Origin: an uncultured Eubacteriales bacterium
GTDB lineage: Bacteria; Acidobacteriota; Aminicenantia; Aminicenantales; UBA4085
Direction of reading: 5' to 3'
Assembly: GCA_964557435.1 (NCBI GenBank)
Contig: CAZLAM010000018.1
Location: 23,021 to 87,020 of the forward strand
Length of the DNA stretch: 64,000 bases
Part shown: in pieces, positions 18,418 to 26,597 of the stretch
Numbering within the stretch: the stretch's first letter is position 1
Layout of the letters: every line of letters begins with the position of its first letter
Notes under the pieces: generated by a model
What the model was told of the DNA's origin: nothing
What the model saw: only the letters and a program-made list of their open reading frames with translations
Databases searched by the model: none
Made by a program: the position numbers and the translations under genes

Positions 18418-19312
18418 AGCGCACGGGAAAATCGGCGGTCAGGCCGATGCCGGCCATGTCGATGGGCTTGAAGCCGAGCTTCCAAACGGGAGAATCGGGC
18501 CTAAGCCGGAAATCTTTCTGGGCCGGGTCCACGAACAGGGGGTCGGCCGAGACGGTCCGTTGGTGGCGGAGAGTTTTGCCCGGCGGCAGCTCCTGAGCGC
18601 CCGCCGGCTTCATGAGTTCCTCGACAAAGGCCGCGCTCCCCGCGGGATTGCCGGCGCTGTAGAAGATGTTGAAGTCGGCCTCGAATTGGCCCAGACTCGC
18701 GCCGCGCATATTGAGCAGAAACTTCACGCTGTCGGATGAGTTGTAGACGATATTCCGCTGGAACCGTCCCTTCGCTTCCGGCCCGAACATGAAGTGGCCG
18801 GTCTGCGAGGGCCACCGCCGGGTGGAAACATCGATCATGATATTGTTTTCGATGTAGTTGTCACGGGCGCCCGGATTAATGGCGGGGATGGCGCAGTCAT
18901 AAATCAGATTCTCGGATATGAGGGTTCCCTGCGCCGCGGCGTCCTCCAGTCTGCGCCAGCCGGTAATCCTTACGCCGCCGCTGAAAACGGGCGTTTCGCC
19001 GGGATAGGCCGCATAGGTGATTGTATATTCCCGGGTTCCCGAGTCGGCCGGCCCGAACACCACGGTCCGGGTGAGGCGATAGGTGCCGCCGCGGACGAAG
19101 ACCGTCACATTCTCTTTAAGGCCGGCGGCGATAAGCTTTCTCACTTCGTCACGCGCCCGCTCGAGGGTGGCAAAGGGCCTCTTCAAGCTGCCCCCATCGG
19201 CATCGCGGCCAGGGACGGCCACATAGAATTCCGCGGCATACGAGGGACAGACAACCAACAGGGTCAGGCCGACGCACAGGCCGCCGAGATACTCATTCTT
19301 TCGAATTTTCAT
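18410..19312 (-). CDS. Short right-handed parallel beta-helix protein (truncated paralogue of 34688-36913)
   Basis: AGGAGGAG RBS and signal peptide. The N-cap AEFYVAVPGRD...KRPFATLERARDEV...YAAYPGETPVFSGG and the C-terminal DPLFVDPAQKDFRLRPDSPVWKLGFKPIDMAGIGL are collinear with the 741-aa paralogue. Confidence 0.75.
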   Translation of the reverse strand: MKIRKNEYLGGLCVGLTLLVVCPSYAAEFYVAVPGRDADGGSLKRPFATLERARDEVRKLIAAGLKENVTVFVRGGTYRLTRTVVFGPADSGTREYTITYAAYPGETPVFSGGVRITGWRRLEDAAAQGTLISENLIYDCAIPAINPGARDNYIENNIMIDVSTRRWPSQTGHFMFGPEAKGRFQRNIVYNSSDSVKFLLNMRGASLGQFEADFNIFYSAGNPAGSAAFVEELMKPAGAQELPPGKTLRHQRTVSADPLFVDPAQKDFRLRPDSPVWKLGFKPIDMAGIGLTADFPVRFR

Positions 19313-19447
19313 TACTCCTCCTGCTGAAAGTCCGTTCCACGCGCCTCCCCGATCATCACAATCGCTTTTCGCCGGCGCCGATCATAAGTTTTTTAAAGGG
19401 AAACGGCAAGTCATAAACCCATTTGATTTGCCCGCCAAGCCCGGGGC

Positions 19448-19519
19448 ATGTTCAGGGTTAATACTGAACGGCGCTTTGGCCGCGAACGTATCAAACGAGA
19501 TAGGGAGATTCCGTTTTAA
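19448..19519 (+). pseudogene. Relic of the 5' end of a Tat-signal (sulfatase-type) gene
   Basis: 19448-19477 matches the reverse complement of 43976-44005 (the arylsulfatase start) at 28/30 nt. 19480-19498 matches the reverse complement of 43928-43946 at 18/19 nt. A 27-nt indel and a 1-nt insertion lead to a stop after 23 codons (MFRVNTERRFGRERIKRDREIPF). Confidence 0.55.
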
Positions 19520-19700
19520 GGGGGGCAGGTCCGCTCAAAGCTCCATCCCTCCGCCACCCACCGAACTCGGAGATGGGGATGGTTTCGGTACAGGACTGGT
19601 GAAGGGGATAGTATCGAACGGGATAAAAGTCCTAGAATAGTCAAGAGAAACGGCGGGCGCCGGCCATCCGGCGCGTCCACGCCGCCCAGGAGGAAACGAT

Positions 19701-21380
19701 ATGAAAAAAGCGTTGATTTTGGCCCTCGCCTTTTTAACCGGCGGGCTCCTCGCCTTCAGCCAGAAGATCTATTGGGGCGATGCCGTCCCTCCGCACTGGA
19801 ACGGAAGCTGGCCGTCCGAACTGCGGATTGTCCCCGAGAAGACCGATTACGTCCGGACGACGTCGTCCCTCGAGCTCCTCGAGTTCATCGACCGGCTCAG
19901 GTGGAAAAGCGACAAGATCCACGTCTTCAATATGTATACGAGCCCGCTCGGCCGCGTCTGCCCGGTCCTCGTCCTGGCCAATCCGCGGATCACCTCGCCC
20001 AACGAAGCCGCGAAATCCGGAAAGACGGTTGTCTACCTCGAGGGGAATATCCATCCTTACGAAGCGGAAGCGAAGGAGGCGCTCCTGATGCTGACGCGCG
20101 AAATCCTGCTCGGCCGAATGACGCACCTCCTCGAGAACCTGATCATCGTCGTCTGCCCGAGTTTCAACGTGGACGGGAACGACGCCTGGAGCCTTAACGA
20201 TGGGACGCCTCATATCCTGAGCGGCGGGACGAACGCCCTGGGATTCAATCTCAACCGCGATGCGATCAAACTGGAGACGCTCGAAGTCAATGCTCTCTAC
20301 CGGACCGTCTTCAACCGCTGGGACCCGATCCTGATCTACGACGGCCACGCCATGGAGCGCGTCCAGCACGGCTACGCCATCGCCTATGCCACGTCCTCCG
20401 TTCCGGCAGCCCATCCGGGTCCCCGGACATATGTCTGGGACAAGCTGTTCCCGGAGCTCCGCGAGGAGACGCGAAAGAATTTCGGGCTCGAAACGTTCAC
20501 CCATTGCGGGCTCGACGAACGCTGGCCGCCGACAGTCTGGAGCCATGACGGGGCCATCTGGACGACCGAGGCGAAGTTCGTCGCCGGCGCCTACGGCCTC
20601 CGGAACCGCATGTCCATCCTGGCCGAGACGCCGATCCACCTGTCGTTCCAGCGCAAGATCTATGCCCAGTACGCGCTCATCGCCGGGATCCTCGAATACG
20701 CCCGGCGGCACGGCCGGGAGATGCAGGAGGTCTGCCGGACCGCGGACCGCGAGGTCGTGGAGGCCGTTCGGACCAGGGCCGGGACGGGCGAGCTCAAGAA
20801 TTTCACAGCCGGCCGCTACGAATCCCGGGGCCGCGTCGACGTCCTGGCGTACCAGGAAAAAAACGAGCCCGACTATATCCCGGGGACGAGCATCCGCGCC
20901 CGCATCCCGGCCTCCCTGCTCGGGCCGCCCGTCCTCGTCCGGGGCCTCGAGGACCTGACGAAGCCGGTCGGTACGGCCGAAGCCGGGGTGCCGCGCGGCT
21001 ATCTGATTCCGGCCGATCTGGATGTCCTGGCCGACAAGCTCCGAACCCAAAACATCAAAGTCGAAGTGCTGGCCAAGCCGGTCAAAGCCGCGGGCGAGGA
21101 GTTCGTCGTCGACAGCCTGGTCAAGGCGAGGCGCGGGGGATTCGCAATGACCTCGCTCGAAGGCGGCTTCGCCCGCTCCCAGGTCAAGGAATTCCCGGCC
21201 GGAACGTTCCACGTAGATTTGGCCCAGCCGCTGGCGAACCTGGCGTTCTATTGCCTGGAGCCGCAGGCAGCCGACGGTTTTGCCGCCTGGAGCCTTCTCG
21301 ACGGATACTTGAAATCGGCGGGCGTCGACAAACGGAGCGTGGTTTATCCCATCTTCAAGTATTCCAAGATCATCGAATAA
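19701..21380 (+). CDS. M14-family zinc carboxypeptidase-like peptidase
   Basis: AGGAGG RBS and signal peptide. YLEGNIHPYEAEAKEA (HxxE zinc motif) and the overall M14-like layout. Confidence 0.8.
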   Translation: MKKALILALAFLTGGLLAFSQKIYWGDAVPPHWNGSWPSELRIVPEKTDYVRTTSSLELLEFIDRLRWKSDKIHVFNMYTSPLGRVCPVLVLANPRITSPNEAAKSGKTVVYLEGNIHPYEAEAKEALLMLTREILLGRMTHLLENLIIVVCPSFNVDGNDAWSLNDGTPHILSGGTNALGFNLNRDAIKLETLEVNALYRTVFNRWDPILIYDGHAMERVQHGYAIAYATSSVPAAHPGPRTYVWDKLFPELREETRKNFGLETFTHCGLDERWPPTVWSHDGAIWTTEAKFVAGAYGLRNRMSILAETPIHLSFQRKIYAQYALIAGILEYARRHGREMQEVCRTADREVVEAVRTRAGTGELKNFTAGRYESRGRVDVLAYQEKNEPDYIPGTSIRARIPASLLGPPVLVRGLEDLTKPVGTAEAGVPRGYLIPADLDVLADKLRTQNIKVEVLAKPVKAAGEEFVVDSLVKARRGGFAMTSLEGGFARSQVKEFPAGTFHVDLAQPLANLAFYCLEPQAADGFAAWSLLDGYLKSAGVDKRSVVYPIFKYSKIIE

Positions 21381-21407
21381 GGGACGGTGCGCCCGGTGCC
21401 GCCACCT

Positions 21408-21616
21408 CACGCAGATAGTTGCCGCCCTTGCTGACGACATCCACCGGCCGGAAGACGATCTCGTGCGGATCTATCCAATTGGTATCGTTGCGGCCGAACC
21501 CGGAGCCGGTCCACGGAATAATAGCATCCGAATTTGAGTCCGGCCTCACGGCGGGCTTCCGCCAATTCCCCGCTGACATCCCGTTTAGAGGACGCAGCGT
21601 CGACGATTCGGAACAT
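21408..21616 (-). pseudogene. Internally deleted, frameshifted GH29 alpha-L-fucosidase relic
   Basis: Two blocks are homologous to the intact GH29 gene. About 21505-21615 corresponds to 25775-25885 (FRIVDAASSKRDVSGELAEARREAGLKFGCYYSVDR vs FDVVDATPFKRDFIGELGEACREAGLKFGCYYSVDR). About 21411-21500 corresponds to 25303-25392 (NDTNWIDPHEIVFRPVDVVSKGGNYL vs NDNNWIDPREIVFRLVDIVSKGGNYL). The blocks lie in different frames and the ~380 bp between them is missing. Confidence 0.8.
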
Positions 21617-21621
21617 AGCCC

Positions 21622-24600
21622 TCAATAATTCGAGGGGCCGTTGGGGGGAGCTTGGATGGGCCGGACCTGCAGCCGCCGCTCGCCGGACCGCGCTTGAGGA
21701 GTGACAAGGTGGAGCTCGGCCCGGGCCTCGTCGAAACCTCGACCGAATAGCATCACGATGAATTCCACGGCTTTCCCGGCCCATTCTTTTTGCACGGGAA
21801 GCCGGAAGGTCATCCCGCCGAGTCCCTCGCTCTTGATCCAGGAGCAGTTCCACTCGTAATTATGATAGGGATAGCTCGGCACCCGGTGCCTGGGGACGAT
21901 AATCTTACCGTCCACGGAGGCCACGACATAAACGCCGTCGACGGGGTCGAATTTCACAGCCCCGGAGTGGACGGCAATGGCAAATTCCTGGCCCGGCCGG
22001 TAGTCCTTGATAACCGCTTCGGATTTCAGGATGCGCCCCGGCCGAGGCGTTTCGCCGAAGAAGTTCGTCGCTTGCCACCGGCTGCGGTCCAGCTTCCGGC
22101 CAAGCCCGTCATATCCCACAATCTCCGAAACGCTGAAATTTCGCCCCCTTATCCGTATATAGCGGCTCCGGTTCGGCGGCAGGAGGACCACGATGAGGAC
22201 GGGTTTGTTGTCGCCGGCCTCAATGTCAAAAATCTTGATTTGTTTCCCCCTTTGCCGGATCTCGGTAAAGAGCGGGATCCCCCCGGCCTTCTTGAGGGAC
22301 AGACCGTCCACACGGGTCCACGTCTTCAGATCGGGGGAAGTCTCGACGACTTCGAGAAATCCGTCTTCGGTCTTCCGGACGATGTGGAGCTCGAGTTTTC
22401 TCAGATCCGCGAGCCCTCCCAGATCGATCCTCCACATCGATGTATCGCTCCTATAGGGCGCGGGGCTGCCCGTAAAAGGACTGCGCTTGCTGTAGCCGTC
22501 GCTCCAACGGGTGATGGGGTCATCATCGAAAGCGTTGCGGGCGCTCCCCTCGGCGGCGATGACCTTCCGTTCCATATATTCCCGGCAGGCTTCGATCTCC
22601 GGCAGAGACGAGGGGGCGAGTTTCAGGGAATCCATCTCCCGAACCTCCAGGGCATCGTCGTCCACCGTGAATTTTGCCAGCTCCGCCAGATAAGAGCCGT
22701 CGATCCGGCCGGGTGGAACCTCCGTAAAATCCTTCAAGCGGGAGAACGGCTTCCCGCCGAGAGGTTGTCCGGGAAAACGAACCCGCCAGGTCTTTTCTCC
22801 GGCCGCGTTCACGGCCCGGCCCATGGACAGGACCGACCGTCCTCCGAAATTGTGGAACGAGACTTCGTAGTCCCGTCCCGGGTCGCCCAGGAGTCTCAAA
22901 TCGAAGGCGTCCGCGTCGGGTCCGGGGACGACTTCAAAGGGAACGCCCCCGAGATAAGGCTCATCCGGAAGCCCGGTGTCGACCTGGATCATCCGGACAT
23001 CGAAGGGCTCCAGTTCGATCCGGAGGGACTCTCCGGCCTTGATCCCCTGTTTCGAAATGAGGAATTCGCGGGGGTGGCGCTGCCGCACGGTCAGCGGCGT
23101 CCCCGGGGCCGCGGCCAGGCCGATGGTCCCGTCCAGGCGGACGGACTTGGTTTGGTACACCCACGTCGGATTGCGCAGAACGATCAGAGACGACCGGCCG
23201 TCGCCGTGGGCGATGTCGCCGTCGTTCAGCGGGAAGGCCTTTTTCAACAGAGACTCGGACCGCTTGTGGAGCTGGATGAGCCGGGCCAGCTTGGGATAAT
23301 CCTCGTCGCGCAGGAAGAAAAAAGTCCCATACAGCTCGGGAGAGAGGACGGAAGCCCTTCCGAAGGCCTGGGCGACCAGGTCGTCCTCCCATTTCTCGAC
23401 ACAGCTGTTGAAGCAGATCCCGTGGTCCTCGAACTGCCGGAACGGCGTCTTAAAAAACTCCGAGGTCAGCTCACGATCGATGGAGCTGGATCTATTATAC
23501 AGGGCAGCCGTCGTGTTGGTGATGTGGACGTCGATATAGGTCTCTTCCCCCTTCCACAAAAGACAGTCCGTGATGGCCAGCATATAGGGCGAGTTGTTGA
23601 TCCGGTGATTGATGGCGATGAACGAGGGATCGATCCGGCGGGCCTCGGCCAGAGCATCGGCCAAACTCTGGTATTTCTTCTCGAGAATATATTTATTCTT
23701 GTGGGCGAGGGCCGAAACCACCGTGTCCATTTTGAAGAGGCCGACGTTGAAATCCCTGACCCAGGAGAGGAGCTGGTTCCGGCGGGCCGCCATCTCCGCC
23801 GGCGTCTCGCCAAAGCCGTCCGGCCCGATCCAAAGCCCCAGCTTCATCCCCAGGCTGGCCGAGGCGTCGGCGATAGGCCGCAGGCCACGGGGGAACCTTT
23901 TATCGAAGTCGGCCTTGAACTGCGGGAAATATGTCCCCTGGGATTCAACCAGTCCGGCGTCGGAGTTGTAGATATCGATCTGCAGGCCAAAAAGGGTTCG
24001 GAGCTTTTTGAGGGCCGCGAAGTTGGCCAGGATCTCGGACTCCAGCGGTCCGGAATTGTCGTGGCAGAGCCAGTCGAAATAGAAGGTCGCGAAATCGACG
24101 CGATTGGCCCGGATGACCTGGATATACCGGCCGAAGGCTTCTTCGATCCGGCCGGACTCCGACACCCCGAAGCCTGTGGTCTTGCTCGTCCATGATCCGC
24201 CCGGAGGGAGAGAAGCGGCCGGAAAATGAGTCAGGCGAAGGCGGCCGTCGCGGACATCCGCCTCGGCGATCGGCCATTCCATCCCCCAGAAGATCTGGCC
24301 GTCCAAAAAGACGGGGTTTTCGGCCTTGGCCGGGAATGGGCTCTCCTTGAGCCGGACGTCGTCGACGGCGGCGTCGTGGATGACGACGGCTTCGCTCAGG
24401 CCGTTGCGGACGGTCAGACGCTTGCGCACATACCAGGCATATTCCCCCAGCTCCAAGTCGACCTGAACCGCCAGCCCTTTTCGTTCCCCTGTCCCGTCAT
24501 AATGGAACCGGAGCAAAGCCGGAGAGGGATTCTCGGTGTTGATCAGGAGGAAATCCCCGGCCGTCGCCTGAAACCGGCTCCCCCCGATCTCGATCAGGAG

Positions 24601-24834
24601 AGCAAAAGGCTCAGCGCTGAGCGTATATGCACTCCCGGTCAGCTTATTGGTCAGGACGGCCGTGCCGGGCTCGGAAAAGCGAAGGGACAGAGTCCCGTTC
24701 TCAAGCCCGCCCGTCAGCGCCGGAGGCCCGGATTTTCGGGACCCTAAAAGGAACGGAACGAAGAAGGACGAAAAGACCAGGGACCAGGCCAAGGTCCTCA
24801 TCAGCCACGAACAAGGGAGGATGGCTTTTTTCAT
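21622..24834 (-). CDS. Large secreted putative glycoside hydrolase (clan GH-D/GH36-like TIM-barrel region) with discoidin (F5/8 type C)-like domain
   Basis: Signal anchor. Central region GLWIGPDGFG...NVGLFKMDTV (K-x-D motif reminiscent of alpha-galactosidase-like enzymes). Later NAFDDDPITRWSDGY...MWRIDLGG (discoidin-like). The start ATG overlaps the GH29 stop (ATGA at 24831-24834). Confidence 0.6.
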   Translation of the reverse strand: MKKAILPCSWLMRTLAWSLVFSSFFVPFLLGSRKSGPPALTGGLENGTLSLRFSEPGTAVLTNKLTGSAYTLSAEPFALLIEIGGSRFQATAGDFLLINTENPSPALLRFHYDGTGERKGLAVQVDLELGEYAWYVRKRLTVRNGLSEAVVIHDAAVDDVRLKESPFPAKAENPVFLDGQIFWGMEWPIAEADVRDGRLRLTHFPAASLPPGGSWTSKTTGFGVSESGRIEEAFGRYIQVIRANRVDFATFYFDWLCHDNSGPLESEILANFAALKKLRTLFGLQIDIYNSDAGLVESQGTYFPQFKADFDKRFPRGLRPIADASASLGMKLGLWIGPDGFGETPAEMAARRNQLLSWVRDFNVGLFKMDTVVSALAHKNKYILEKKYQSLADALAEARRIDPSFIAINHRINNSPYMLAITDCLLWKGEETYIDVHITNTTAALYNRSSSIDRELTSEFFKTPFRQFEDHGICFNSCVEKWEDDLVAQAFGRASVLSPELYGTFFFLRDEDYPKLARLIQLHKRSESLLKKAFPLNDGDIAHGDGRSSLIVLRNPTWVYQTKSVRLDGTIGLAAAPGTPLTVRQRHPREFLISKQGIKAGESLRIELEPFDVRMIQVDTGLPDEPYLGGVPFEVVPGPDADAFDLRLLGDPGRDYEVSFHNFGGRSVLSMGRAVNAAGEKTWRVRFPGQPLGGKPFSRLKDFTEVPPGRIDGSYLAELAKFTVDDDALEVREMDSLKLAPSSLPEIEACREYMERKVIAAEGSARNAFDDDPITRWSDGYSKRSPFTGSPAPYRSDTSMWRIDLGGLADLRKLELHIVRKTEDGFLEVVETSPDLKTWTRVDGLSLKKAGGIPLFTEIRQRGKQIKIFDIEAGDNKPVLIVVLLPPNRSRYIRIRGRNFSVSEIVGYDGLGRKLDRSRWQATNFFGETPRPGRILKSEAVIKDYRPGQEFAIAVHSGAVKFDPVDGVYVVASVDGKIIVPRHRVPSYPYHNYEWNCSWIKSEGLGGMTFRLPVQKEWAGKAVEFIVMLFGRGFDEARAELHLVTPQARSGERRLQVRPIQAPPNGPSNY

Positions 24835-26597
24835 CGGATCTCGACCTTATAGACGAGGGCGTATCGGCAGGGCTGATTTTTAGGCACGGTCAGCGACAGC
24901 CCTTCACCGGTCTGACGCCAGCGGATCTTTTCTTTCGAACCGAGCATGCTCACGGCCGCGATTTCCCCGTCGAGCATTCCCTTTTGACCCAAGGCCCTCA
25001 CCAGGATGTCTTTTTCGGGCCAGGCCAGGCAGATGGCGTACACTGTTTTATTTTTGGCCGTAAATCGCATCTCCAGAGGGGTTTGCCCCGTGCCCGCAGG
25101 GGGGACCCCTGCGGCGGCCGGCCCTCCTTTTCCCTTGGCTTTGGCCGCCTCTTTTTCATAAAGCGGTCCTTGGCCATAGACCCGCCAAGCCGAAGTGCCA
25201 TAAATGGCTTCCTGGTTCGTCTCCATCCAGGTCCCGACTTCCATCAACCGGTCGATGCTCGGCTGGGGGATGAGGCCTTCGGCGGTGGGGCCGACATTCA
25301 GCAGATAGTTGCCGCCCTTGCTGACGATGTCGACGAGCCGGAAGACGATCTCCCGCGGATCGATCCAGTTGTTGTCGTTCCGGCTGTACCCATAGGTCGA
25401 GTTCAGCGTCCCCGGATTCTCCCAATCGTACCCCGGCGTCCTGTCGGCGATCTCGTTGTCTCCCAGGGAGATGTAATCGCAAAAACGGTAGGGATCCGGC
25501 ATGGGGTTGATGAACGTCTTGATCCGGCTGTTGATGATGCAGTCCGGCCCAAGCGTCCGGATCGTCCGGACAAGTTCTTCGAGCTGGCTGTCGCTCTTCA
25601 TGCCTATACCGTCGAACCAGAGGACGTCGGGCCGGTACTTCTTGAGCAATTCTTCGACCTGGGGCTTGGCGAAGTCCCGGAAATAGCGGTCAAAATCCTC
25701 CCGCGTCGAGTTCGGGAAGTCCCACATGTTGGTCTGTTTGAACCTGTTGCCGGGACCCGTGGGCCGGCGCCAATCCCGGTCCACGGAATAATAACACCCG
25801 AATTTGAGTCCGGCTTCCCGGCAGGCCTCCCCCAGCTCCCCGATAAAATCCCGTTTGAAGGGCGTGGCATCGACGACATCGAAGTCCGTCAAGGCCGACT
25901 TGTACATGCTGAAGCCGTCATGGTGTTTGGCCAGGGGGATAACGTATCGCATGCCGGCTTTTTTGGCCAGGGCGGCCCAGGCCTTGGCGTCGAACTTGAC
26001 GGGGTTGAATTCCCCGGCCAGACGCGCGTATTCCTTTACAGGAATCTTTTCGTCGAACATGATCCATTCGGCATAGTTGTCCGGATGGGTCTTGTTCTTC
26101 CAGACGCCCGCGGGGACGGCATAGAGTCCCCAGGAGACCATCATTCCGAATCGGGCTTCGCGCCACCAGGCCAGGCGCTGCTCCCGGGTCGGTTCCGGCT
26201 TCTTCCCCTTTTCCTCGGGAGCGGGCGGAGCATCCGCGGTTTTCGCCGGGTTTGCCGCCACCGCTTCCATTCCTCCATAGGCGGCCTTGATCTGCCTGAC
26301 GAGAGGAGGGGCGGAATAATAATAGCTCATCAAGGTGCCCTCGCCGCCGCGGCCGACCGTATAATCCCCGGCCAGCGCCGAGACGATCTCTTCCCCGGCG
26401 AAATCAAGAACCGGGTCTCCCTCCGCGCCGATGATGGACACCATGGGAGGCTTGTCCGAACGGCAGCCGAACCCGGCCAGGAGGAGAACCCCGGCCAGGA
26501 CCGCCGCGATGGCCACGGCGGAAAATCCGGCAGGATGGAACGGCCTGACCGGGAATTCCGGCCGATCGGTTCGGGAGTTTTCGTTCCAGGCTTTCAT
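24831..26597 (-). CDS. GH29 alpha-L-fucosidase
   Basis: Start set to ATG 26597 (RBS AAAGAGGAAAG), which forms an ATGA overlap with the GH127 stop. N-terminal TM/signal segment. GH29 blocks AKHHDGFSMY, GLKFGCYYS and PDVLWFDG (nucleophile Asp context). Confidence 0.9.
   Translation of the reverse strand: MKAWNENSRTDRPEFPVRPFHPAGFSAVAIAAVLAGVLLLAGFGCRSDKPPMVSIIGAEGDPVLDFAGEEIVSALAGDYTVGRGGEGTLMSYYYSAPPLVRQIKAAYGGMEAVAANPAKTADAPPAPEEKGKKPEPTREQRLAWWREARFGMMVSWGLYAVPAGVWKNKTHPDNYAEWIMFDEKIPVKEYARLAGEFNPVKFDAKAWAALAKKAGMRYVIPLAKHHDGFSMYKSALTDFDVVDATPFKRDFIGELGEACREAGLKFGCYYSVDRDWRRPTGPGNRFKQTNMWDFPNSTREDFDRYFRDFAKPQVEELLKKYRPDVLWFDGIGMKSDSQLEELVRTIRTLGPDCIINSRIKTFINPMPDPYRFCDYISLGDNEIADRTPGYDWENPGTLNSTYGYSRNDNNWIDPREIVFRLVDIVSKGGNYLLNVGPTAEGLIPQPSIDRLMEVGTWMETNQEAIYGTSAWRVYGQGPLYEKEAAKAKGKGGPAAAGVPPAGTGQTPLEMRFTAKNKTVYAICLAWPEKDILVRALGQKGMLDGEIAAVSMLGSKEKIRWRQTGEGLSLTVPKNQPCRYALVYKVEIR

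Noticed and set aside
21790-24195. Very long antisense ORFs opposite annotated genes. Examples: 21790-24195 (+), 38588-40840 (+), 60588-63179 (+), 49553-51103 (+), 14211-15962 (+), 19734-21440 (-), 24627-26675 (+), 36811-38400 (-), 7281-8627 (+), 252-1475 (-), 1417-2874 (-).
   Set aside because: Their translations are low-complexity and rich in R, G, P, A, D and E. They have no recognisable motifs, no RBS or signal peptides, and they mirror strongly supported genes on the other strand. This is the typical behaviour of shadow ORFs in high-G+C DNA.
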